A stretch of 60,554 nucleotides of DNA, counting the filler, from Basidioascus undulatus (lineage: Eukaryota), in NCBI GenBank assembly GCA_000826855.1. It is 10 parts of 10 records of this genome, joined end to end, with 100 filler letters (N's around TTAATTAATTAA, not from the genome) between each part and the next. Parts side by side here need not be neighbours in the genome. Positions count along the whole stretch, not along the records: positions 36,444 to 42,384 come from JTLS01001836.1; positions 42,485 to 48,450 come from JTLS01001837.1; 8 more parts are not named here. The stretch is one strand, 5' to 3'. The translations under genes were made by a program, and so were the position numbers. The first letter of the stretch is position 1. Every line of letters begins with the position of its first letter. The notes beneath the pieces are model-generated. The model did not search any database and was not told the origin of the DNA. It saw only the letters and a list, made by a program, of their open reading frames with translations. This document shows positions 38,125 to 48,550 of the stretch, piece by piece.

Positions 38125-40838
38125 TTAATCATCGTTGCCCCGGTAAGCGTCGGCGTGAAGGATAAGGGAGTGCATCCACTTGATCGTGTTGAGGTGCCCG
38201 TCCTACACACTTCTCTCAGCAAGCGCGACACGCCACGGACGCCAGTTCCACTTACAATGTGTAGCCGTTCGTCCAAGGTACGCATGTTGTAGCTGTCGGC
38301 TTCACGAAGGGGTTGGAACCGGTAAATGTTGTGAGTCAAGTTCCAGTAGTTCGCCGTGTCCTGCCGAAGACGTTCCGCTCTGGTCAGTGAAGCGGTACCA
38401 GAGAAGACTGGAGCATCAGCCTGACGGACCATGTTTCCTATCATGCCGTAGGGGCTAACGATAGTCGACTCGCCCCGGAGATATCTGTGAAAGATTTCCG
38501 TTGGCTAAAAATCTGTTAGGAAGTTGAGAGCAGTGCACACTTAGTGGTGCCGGAAAAGGCACTATCAATTTTTTGTCAGTTCCGACTGGGGAACATTTTG
38601 CTGGGAGACGTTACGCACTCCCATGCCCCTGCATGAGTTGGTGTCACAGGCGACGCCTGGCGCACGAACGGCGCTTCGAGTTGCACAAAGCCCGTCAAAC
38701 CAAAAGGAACGTCTTCGTCAAAGCCTTCAAACAAGTTCCTGTTGCCACGAGTACTAATCTTGAGCGCACGGTAAAGAAAACGCACCGATAAGAGTCAGGT
38801 TGAACTTCTCGACCTTCGGCTCGAGAAGCTTTAGGTAGCGCGCCTTCAACCTGCATGTCCGCGCAGACTGTGAGGTACTGAGCCGAGCGAGGACTTCTAG
38901 AAAGGAACGCACCCCGCGCCTTAAGATTCTACAGCGATGTGATGGTTGACACTGGCACTTGCCTGCATCCGTCCAATCAGCGAAAGGTCCGGAGGGCTTG
39001 CTACGTCTATCAACTTACCAACTCAGGCAACGCATTGATCTTGACACCGCCGCTGATGATGCCAGCGGCCTGCGTCGTTTGAATGTGACTTTGAAAGATG
39101 GAATATCGTCAGGCTGTAGGCTCGTCCATGAATGCTTGCCACCGACGTACGCTCGGTCAGCCGGGTCTCTGCTCGCGATGAGCTCGGCTGCTTCAGGCCA
39201 CCGCTCAAAGTCGAGCAGGGCGGGGCGCAGGTTCTCCTCAATCTCGGCATGCTCAGTGAGGCATTGGGCGTAGCCGGCGAAGGGGTTCTTGGCGGTAAGC
39301 TTGAGGGAATTGTGAAGGTCAGTGGCATTCCACGCCCAATGATTCTCAGGAATTTACCTGAGGGCTGAAGGGGTTGTTTTCGCGTGTCGTTATAAGAGAG
39401 GCCAAAATGCCGATACCCGTATGGGCGGGCCTGTAGGAAGGACGGCCGTCAAGGGTTGTGGTAGCTGTTATAGCGCTTAGCAATCCATAAGGACTCACGG
39501 AACAGAAGAGTGTCCGCCCAGAGTTCCGACTGTGATCCTCACGTTCCCCGCACCCTTCTCGCCCTGGTCAAAAGCCGATGAGCTATCCTTTGCATTGGAT
39601 CGCGGGTGGCTACTGTGACTAGGGGCTTACAACGGCTGGCGTAGCGAATGTCTGGCCGAAGTGGTCCGCCTTGATGCCCTCGCCCTCGTCAAAGATGAAC
39701 AAGATGCTGTCACGGCAGTACGGATCCTCAATGTGCCTTGACATGTGGCCAGCGCTCCGCTGCAAGTTCGCTACACAAGTCAGCCACGTACAATCACAAT
39801 CACACAGATCTGCAGTGAGGACGCACAATCTTCCCGCCCTCCTCGTCAAAACGGGAGGAGAGCAGCACCGTGCGAGCAGGATTGAACCCCTCCTTCACGA
39901 GCGCCTCTACGGCGGACAAGATGCCGATGCTAAGAGGAATGCCAGTGCTACGGTCTTCGTTCGGACAGCAATGTGCGTACAGCAGGCTTTTACAATCGCC
40001 GGAGCCTGCCACGAGCAATATGCTAGTTACGACGATTCGAAGGCAGTAATGGTCAATGATACTGACCTCGTCCCCAAATCCAACCGTCCTCGTAAAAGCT
40101 GTCGAAGGTAGGGTGTGTCCAGCGAGAAATCGGCACCGGCACGGTGTCCTGTAGAGCTGTGAGATAAGTTCGGATGTGCAATAGAGAGCATAAAGGTACC
40201 TGGTGCCAGTGAGGACTGAAAAAGATTGTTGTCAGGCGACGGCGAGGTTGGTCAAGCCGATGCGAAGACGTACTGATCTGCTTCAAGCGGTCATCCGAAC
40301 CCTTCCAAGTGAAGAGAAGTCCGTGCGTAGCCACGTGAGTGACCATCAGGGTTGAAAATCTGCGCGTCATAAAGGCAATTTGGGCGTGTTTTGTGGAAGG
40401 CCTTGACGCATGCTCACATGTTGTCGAAGGTATCGCGCAGGTAGAACTTGTCGAAGCGAGGGTCTTTGGTGACTGCATTCAGCGTTTGGTGGAATCTGGA
40501 ACACAGATCGCCGCGCTCACCCTCGCCCAGCGGCCCAGAATCATCGAACGTCTGGGTCACGACCCGCACAGCGCCCGCCAGTCGCTCTGCGGCGGCATCC
40601 TTGTAGCCAGAGGACGAGAAGCGGACCAGCGAACCGTTGGAGACGAGTGCCGGTGGTTGGGCAGGACAGGTCATAGGGAGATTGGAGGGAGGCTTGTGAG
40701 GCCCTTTGGATGAAGGAAGGGAGGGCGACGTGCGAGCCCGACTTCGGCAGCAGCCACCCGAGCGAGAGCACTGCGAGAAGTGCGACGCCAGCTGGCGGTG
40801 GCCTTCGGCTCTTCAGAGGTTATAGGAAGCCCACGCAT
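38125..40838 (-). pseudogene. Gly-Xaa carboxypeptidase (M20, Cps1-like), decayed
   Basis: RLAGAVRVVTQTFDD, GLLFTWKGSD, HQDTVPV, WIWGRGSGDCK, RFDEE, DEG, EKG, GGHSSVP, GGVKINALPE, YWNLTHNIYRF, RTLDE (usual HTVDE metal-ligand His lost); several frame breaks. Confidence 0.85.
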
Positions 40839-41848
40839 GGCCCAGAGGTTGTTGTGAAGAGTAAACAAATGCTCTGGAGAGAACGGACGCATGGGAGACC
40901 CGGAAGCCGTGCTCGGGTCAGGCCTTATCGTGCTATCTATCGCCTCCTCCCGCTTCGGTATTGTTCAGCTTGCTGCTGAACATCATCTTGAGCTTGCATT
41001 GCACCATGTTCAAATTACTCATCGGAACTCACCTCCGTGATGTGACGCCTTAAGGCCGCTGTTTGGCAATGTGCAGCCAGTAGCACTCTACCAACGTGCA
41101 GTGTCCGCATGCGACATGCACCCAACTTGTGCAATGACCCTGCCCCAGACAGCAGAACCAGCTGAGCTTGCACCTGGACAAGTATCAGCTTCGCAAAATA
41201 TGTGGTAGGTCTACGAAGCGGAGGCGACTCGGGCCCCGCCGCCGTCCACCAACAAAGGCGTTTCGCCCGCAAGCAATGGCCATGCCTGGGCTGGGAATTC
41301 ATACGGTAGAAGAGTCGCACGGCCTTCTATCCCAAAATTCCGCTCAAAACTATCCATGAGAAGGTAAATGTAGCTGGCATTTGCGTTGCAGCCGTTGAAA
41401 GCGCGAGAGCTTGACCATGGTCTCTCAAGTGGACAGCGCGGAAGACAAGGTGTACATATCTGAAGGATAAAAAAAAGTTAGAAAATCTGCATGTTGGGGG
41501 GTAATGGGGACCGTGGGGCGTCTGTCCTATCATATTCAAACGCCAGCGAAAGTGGACGTACCGAGAAACCATACCGCGCCACGGTCAAAAGACTGCGTAC
41601 GAGACTGTAAGTTTCTTCAATAGATATGTAAGAGACATCAATTGTTAAAAGATTGAAGCAAGAAGACGAAGGTAAGGTAGAATGCAGGTGCACAGAGGCA
41701 CGGCCGTGGAGGAGGGGGATGAGGTCTTTTGGAGCTCGGTGGTCCGTAGACGCGGTACCTGAGCGCCGAAGGGCGTGGGGAGAGGCAGTCCCTGCATAAA
41801 GAAATGGAAATACAGTAACAGGTGAGAGGGTCCACGAAGGAAGTGATG

Positions 41849-41942
41849 GAGAATGGGTGGACTCTTGGAGCCACGAGATGGAGTGGACTGAGCCACGAAG
41901 AATGGGTGGACTGAGCCACGAAGGAGATGTGGATAGAGCCAC
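41849..41942. repeat. Imperfect minisatellite, four units of 22-26 bp (core GTGGA..GAGCCAC)
   Basis: gagaatgggtggactcttggagccac / gagatggagtggactgagccac / gaagaatgggtggactgagccac / gaaggagatgtggatagagccac. Confidence 0.85.
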
Positions 41943-42384
41943 AAAGAACAGCAGAGGCGAGACCCATCGACTGGGCGGTGGCGGCGGCGTCTTGAGAGCC
42001 GAGCGTGCGTGGAGATTACGATGATAAGGATATGAAGGAGAGAGAGAGGAGGGCGAGAGGCGAGAGGCGAGTCGAGCGGCAGCAGCGGAAGGCAGAAGAT
42101 GAGGAATGGCATGCGCCTGGCTAGGCGGTGCAAGCGTGCGCTGTCTGCGACAGGCCATTTGTGATAATGTTCGAAGTGATTATTGATAAAAGTGTCAGTT
42201 ACGGGCACGAAACATGGGTCAGACGCCACCAGCAAGAACCACCCATGCGAGTAGCGAACGACTGAGCGTATAACAGCCGAGAAGTGCCCGCCGCGCCCTC
42301 CACACACCTTCACGTCCCCCAAAAACAGCGTGCCGATATCTGCACATCGCACATCCATCCGTCCATGCCGCCCCTACCACCACC

Positions 42385-42484
42385 NNNNNNNNNNNNNNNN
42401 NNNNNNNNNNNNNNNNNNNNNNNNNNNNTTAATTAATTAANNNNNNNNNNNNNNNNNNNNNNNNNNNNNNNNNNNNNNNNNNNN
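42385..42484. other. Artificial contig spacer
   Basis: N44-TTAATTAATTAA-N44. Confidence 0.99.
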
Positions 42485-43560
42485 GGGAGGGGTAGGGCCG
42501 GGATGGACTACCTCAAGAGCCCGGTCAACCCGGTCATGTTCGTTGCGGATGGGGAGAACCTCCGCGGGCTGTGGGACGAGTACGCCCCCATTGAGGCGGA
42601 CGTGCTGCACGTCCAGGTGCGGCTTCCCTTCTCCCCTCCCCCTCCCCTTCCTCCCTCTTTCGCTCTTCCTCCCCTCCCACCTCCCGCCCTCAAATACTGA
42701 TCAGAGCGCGCACCAACCCAGGGCGAGATCCACCTCTACCGCCGCGCCGGCTCCCTGTCCTTCACCAGTCCCCTTTACCTCTCGCACTTCACTTCCCTCA
42801 TCCTCTCCATCCATCCCCCGCCCTCCATCCCCCGCATCGCCACGCGCATCGCCTCGCGCCTCACGGCGCTGACGGAAGGCCGCGCATGGATGGCCGCGCA
42901 CATGCGGCGGGGGGACTTTGTCCTGTACGAGTGGAGCCAGGGCGCGCGGATCGAGGACCATGTGGCGCGCGTGCGGGAGCGCCTGGGGAGGGCGGGGCAT
43001 AACATGCGGCTCGGGAAGGAGGGGATGGACGGGTGTGTGAGCACCGGGGGATGGGAAGGCGCCCCGGGCGTGGGGGATAGGTTCTATGTTGCTACGGATG
43101 AGCGGGATATCGGTGCGTTTGTTCTTGTTCTTGCTCCCTGCCGAGTGGCTTGCTGATATTGATTGAGGAGCGCAGGGAACCTCACTTACATCCGAGAGCA
43201 TGGCGGCATCCTCCTCGACGACGTCCTCACACCCGCCGACCGCGCCGAGCTTGGCCCGCTCGGGCTCTTTACCGACACGCTCGGGCTACTGGAGCAGGCT
43301 ATTATGGGGAAGGTGCGCTTCCTCCTTCTCCCCCATTCCCCTTCCCTTCCCTGTCCTTCTTCGTCGTACCATGGCGCGTTGGTGGGGGAGCGGAGGAGAA
43401 GGAGCAATGATGCTGATGCTGATGCGGTGGGAATGGTGGGGGATGTGGGTGCGGACAGGCCGCCTTCTTCTACGGCCACGCCATGTCCTCCGTCGCGGGC
43501 GGAACGGTCAACTACCGCGCTGCCGAGGGGTTTGACATGCGGTGCACATTGATCGACTGA
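42485..43560 (+). CDS. GDP-fucose protein O-fucosyltransferase-like (GT-B) protein, 3' part
   Basis: WMAAHMRRGDF, FYVATDE, LLEQAIMGKAAFFYGHAMSSVAGGTVNYR. Confidence 0.8.
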
Positions 43561-44004
43561 TGCCTCTCCTCTTCCTTCTCCGCCCATTTTATCATACCAT
43601 CTCTTCAGAGACCCCCGGACTCTTGTCTTGTCTTGTTTTCCTCTTGTTTTGGTTAGAGGATAATTTTCTATCGCATTATTCCCGCTCGCTTGCTTTGTTT
43701 TGGGGTGGAGATGGGACGGCCACGCTTATGCATGCTGGGTGTGCGTCGACTGTAATTGATCGACATTGATTCAGAGCGTACAGCGTGGAGCATACTACTG
43801 CATATTGGGCTTGACTTGTGGCTGTGTTCTTGTGCACTTTTGTTAGCCTGGCAAGCGTGTGTTGTGAAGGCAGTATGAGAATACAGCGCCACGGGATGGC
43901 GCTCCAGGAAGAAGGGGCAATCGCTGTTCAAGCCTCAAGCTCGCACACATGAATCGGACGGAATACCACCTTCACACCCATCACCTTCCACTTCCCCGCG
44001 AGAT

Positions 44005-46799
44005 TTACAAACGAGCATTCGCGTTCGGGAGGACATCCGCCAGTTGCGTTTTGGGGATGGCCGCGGGGTACGCAAGTTTCTCCAGTCGGTGATGCGTTGC
44101 CTGTTGTACGTATGGGTTGGACGTGTCAGCAGGTGTGCTAGATCAAGCAGAATTGAATAAATATGTCAACTGTGGGACAAGCGCATGACGAACCTGTTCA
44201 AAGGCGTACGCCAGACTGATCAGGCTTACTTCGCTGAAGGCCGTCCCGACGAACTGGATGCCGAAGGGGCGGTTTGGATGGGGGTCGTATGTCTGTACTG
44301 TGCTAAATAGATGCGATTTGAGGTGTCAGTCTCAACCAGGTATGGAAGAGAATAGATAGGACGCACTGGTTACCGACCGGCACAGCCGCCGTGTCGTTGG
44401 GGTAGAACCCGAGTGGGACGGTCACGATCGGGTAGCCTGCAGTGATTTCAGCTCGCCTAGGAAAATTGTATAATCTCGACATAATGCACTTACCTGCGAC
44501 AGCCGGTAAAGATGTTTCTCCGGCAAGCATGACGAGCGCAGTGAGGTTGTGCTTTTCAAGGGCGGCATCGATGCCTTGCGTGCGTGCAAAGATTCGCCCA
44601 TTCTCGATCGCGTTAAGGTAGACAGGATCCGAGGTGCTGCTGGTCGACTCGGATTCGAGGAAGCTGGATAGAGGTGGAAGACAGGACATCAGCTGCTCTC
44701 GAGAGAGGCATCGTTTGACAGGCTTACACCGACTGCGACTCGTATGTCGGAGGCTTTTCGAGGCTGCGTGAGACATTGGTGAGTCCAGTATGGCTGAAGA
44801 TATGGTAGGTATAATCCCCACTCTGTATGCTTGTCATTGAAGGCGATCAGGTCGGCAAGCGTCAGTGCGCCAGAGGGGTTCGAGACGAGACTGGAGAGGT
44901 AGGTGGCGATCTCGGCTTTGAAGTCGTGACTGGAAATAACACAGATCAGAACCGGTCATAAGCTACAGGATGTCCCGACAAGTGTACCCGAGAACGGTCG
45001 CCTGTGACTCAAAGCTGGGGATTAGCTGCGGTTCTCATTGGAAACAATTGAGCACTCGCACCTCATAGTCGCTTTGGCTCAGCTGGTCCGTGCTTTCGAT
45101 GTCCGCAGGGTCCAACACGACCGCCCCTAGAGCCTTCAACACTCTCAGTGCGCCCTCGAACGCCTCCTTGACATGCTGCCCGGACTGCGAGGAACTGCTC
45201 AGCAGGTGGCAGGCTCCCAGGCTCCTCCACTAACGAAGAACGACGGACCTCCGTCAAAGCCTCGTCGTAATAGCTTCTCGGAACCCCGATGCGGGCCGAC
45301 TTGATGAAGGCGAGGTCCAAAGCGGCAGTGTAGTCTGGTAACGTTGTAGGCTGAGCGGAGGTAGCGTTGTCGAACTGGTCGGGACCGGCGATGGCCGAGA
45401 GAAGGAGCGCAGCGTCGGCGACGGAACGTGCCATTGGACCAACGGTATCTACAAGGACAAAGCCAGGCGTCAAATGCTGAAGTAGGACAGGAACGTGGCA
45501 GGAGAGACACAAACCCTGGTGTGAGGATATCGGGATAACGCCAGACCGGGAGGTCAAGCCAACAGTGGGCTATGGAATGCGCACGCTGTCAGTGAAACGC
45601 TGGTAGGGCATACTTGATTAAAAGAGGAGCCTAACCTTTATACCAACGAGGTTGTTTTGCTGGCATGGAGAGATAATTGACCCATCAGTCTCGGTGCCGC
45701 TATGGAGCGATCGTGAGCACTCGAACGCCCAAGGATATAATACAAGGAATGAGTAGACCACGCACAGCGCAGCTGCGCACAGTCCGATAGAGGCTGCGAC
45801 ACCACTGCCGCCCGAGCTTCCGGATGGGTTACCTCCGGGAAAGTATGCATTCCTGCGAAAGTGACGGTGAGCGAGTGATGAATGGCTTGGCAGCATGCCG
45901 ATTGCTTACGTGCACTGTCCACCGCGACCGCTCCAGCCGCTAGGTAGGTCTGTCCTCCTCGATGTGTAAGATGATACAAAATGTAGGGGATAGAGGGGTA
46001 GGGACGCACCACTCCCTCGAAAGTAAGCCCATTCAGACATCGCTGCTTTGCCGAGGATGATCGCGCCTGCGAGAGGGACCAGATGCCGCTTTTAGCAGTC
46101 TAGACGCGATTGCAACAGTCACAATTCGTACCAGCTTCACGAAGCTTTGCCGCTACATGTGCATCGCGAGGAAATTTTGATCCCAGCAACGCATAACTGC
46201 CAGCCGTCGTGTTCATACCTGCGTTGCCCGTGCATCAGCTGAACCGCACGCTGCTTCGACGTCCGGCAGAAGTTACCTTCTTCGGGCAACGTTGCGATGT
46301 TGTCCTTCACCAGAATTGGAATACCATGCAGCGGGCCTTTGGGCTTGCCCTGCTGACGCTGCTTGTCGAGCTCTGCCGCCTGTGCCAGCGCAGACGGGTT
46401 GGTCTCGAGAACGGCACGAAGCGCTGGTCCCCTGAGGTTGACTTCGTCGATTCGAGCTACTCATCTCCGATTGGGTTTAACAGATTTTCAGGCTCCTGTC
46501 TTGACTCTAAGCAATTTGACATACCGAGGTACGCTTTGACCAGGTCAACACTCGTAAAGTCGCCCGCCTGTGATAACCGGCACCGACAAGTCAGCAACTG
46601 CAAAACTCGGAAGACGCCCTGTGCAGACCTCTAATCCTGCTCGAAGCTCCGCGATTGATGCTTCATAGAGATCAGGGAGGCCAGCGTAACAGACACTACG
46701 GAGCTCAGGCACCAAGGAACGTCCGAAGTTCGTCGGATGTGCGAGGACCGTGACGAAGGCGCTCAGGATGCCGAGAGTGAGGTGGGGACTGGACTTCAT
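44005..46799 (-). CDS. Secreted amidase-signature family enzyme
   Basis: Signal peptide MKSSPHLTLGILSAFVTVLA; LPDLYEASIAEL, GPLHGIPILVKDNI, TTAGS, GSSGGS, GTETDGSI, GIKPTVGLTSRSGVIPIS, DTVGPMARSVADAA, AGYPIVTVPLG. Confidence 0.94.
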
Positions 46800-47508
46800 T
46801 CGCATGATGTGTGGATGAGTGGCTGCTAGCACTCACTGGAGTGGGAATTCGACGAGGAGAGATGAGTCCTACCTGGTGTCTTTATGCAAGTCGATATCAG
46901 TCGCTGCCTCCACCGGCGAAGATGGGCAAGATGAGAACGGAGATAAGGAGGAGCAGGTCACGCAAGCGCCGCGGCAGCTGAGGCGGATCTCCGGCTGTAC
47001 GCCGTCATGTGTGCGTCTTCGTGCCATTGCAGCGTTACATATATACTTTCACCACTATCATAAACGCAAGCCCTAGTGGGATGCATTCGACTTTCGGTTG
47101 GCAGTGAAAGACGGACACTCTAGTTCGACTAGTCAAGACCATCCCCTGTTGCGCGTCTGCTTTGGGTCTTTTCCTCAACAGGGTAAAAGCGGAGGAAGAC
47201 ATGAGTCGAAAAGTCAGATTCTTCCCCAATCCTAGACTCCTGCTGCGTGTACGACGGCGACTTGCAACTCCTCGGCTGCAAGCATTGCTGCCAGTACCGC
47301 CTCGCGCTGAGTCCGCATCTTCATCACGGCACGCAGTGCGCATCATACGAAACGTGAACCAAGCGCAGGAGCTGCAGTCGCAGGTAACAGTATCATAAAG
47401 AGTATTCATGAATGCTCGTTCTCGAGCCCAAAGCCACCTTTGCTCTTCGCTACATAGTACATTTTGCCCTTTCACCCGCGTTATCCCACATCTCCCCCAC
47501 CATGCAAA

Positions 47509-48450
47509 TCAACGAGCTGTCCCTCCCTCGCCGTCCTCCCTCCCACCCTCAACCAGCCTCCTCCACACCTCCCCTCCCCCGCGGGCGGTCTCCCTCCTTT
47601 CCGGAGAAAGGGACGCCGCCGACCAGCTCCCCCCGCCGCGCTGGAGGTACCTCACCTCCCCCCATCTCATCAACCGCCCCACTGAGCTCCCCCGCGCCAC
47701 CATCGCACCACAGCAGTGCACTCCGGAGCTCCTCCGCGCGCGCGCGCGCATGGCGGAACATCGACCTCCCGACGGGGGCGGCCCATGTGCGCGCGGGCCC
47801 GAGGAGCAGGGAGATGTGCTCGCGCGCGAGGGGGGGGGAAGACGTGCGGGTGCGAGAGGTCGAAGCAGGTGGAGGGGGCGAGCGTGAGCGTTGTGTGAGA
47901 AGGGGAGCGCGGGTGCGGGTAGGGGTGCGTGGGGAGCGTGAGACTCGAGTGCTGGGGAGCGTGCAGGCTGGGAGAGGTGGAGAATGACTGAGGTTGGGAA
48001 GGAATATTCAGTCCGTGGGACGATCCGCAGACATGAGCACGGAAAATGAGCTCATCTCCGCGACTGTGAAGAGAAACCAGCATGTCAGTTCCCTCCGCAA
48101 GAAGCGAAGCGAACGACCCTCCACAAACTCACTGGACACAGCCGTCCTCTTCTCATACTCCCACTCCCTCCCCGCCGGCCCAACCCACATAACCTCATTC
48201 TTCCTGACCTTCCTGCCCCCATCGCTCCTCGCTCTCCGGCGGCTCTCGACGCTCACGCCCACCCACACCTTGTGACGCGCCGCAAGGCTCTCGACCTTGC
48301 CCAGGAGCGCCTCGCGCTCCGCATACGTGTCGAGCGAGAGGCTCGTCTCGGGCCAGAGGAGGACGTCGGCGCCCCCACCGGAAGTGGCGAGGACGGTCGT
48401 CTCGCGCAGGAGCGCTGTGGCGGGGTCGGGCTCGGTGTTGGGGGAGGAGA
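47509..48450 (-). CDS. Nitrilase/CN-hydrolase-fold protein, apolipoprotein N-acyltransferase (Lnt)-like, 3' part; apparent homopolymer frameshifts
   Basis: GADVLLWPE, EYEKR, STCFD (Glu-Lys-Cys triad motifs), LLLGPARTW, ARARAEE, LLWCDGG. Confidence 0.75.
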
Positions 48451-48550
48451 NNNNNNNNNNNNNNNNNNNNNNNNNNNNNNNNNNNNNNNNNNNNTTAATT
48501 AATTAANNNNNNNNNNNNNNNNNNNNNNNNNNNNNNNNNNNNNNNNNNNN
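48451..48550. other. Artificial contig spacer
   Basis: N44-TTAATTAATTAA-N44. Confidence 0.99.

Noticed and set aside
41849..41942. Possible CRISPR-like array
   Set aside because: Units are contiguous and degenerate with no unique spacers; eukaryotic context with no cas genes
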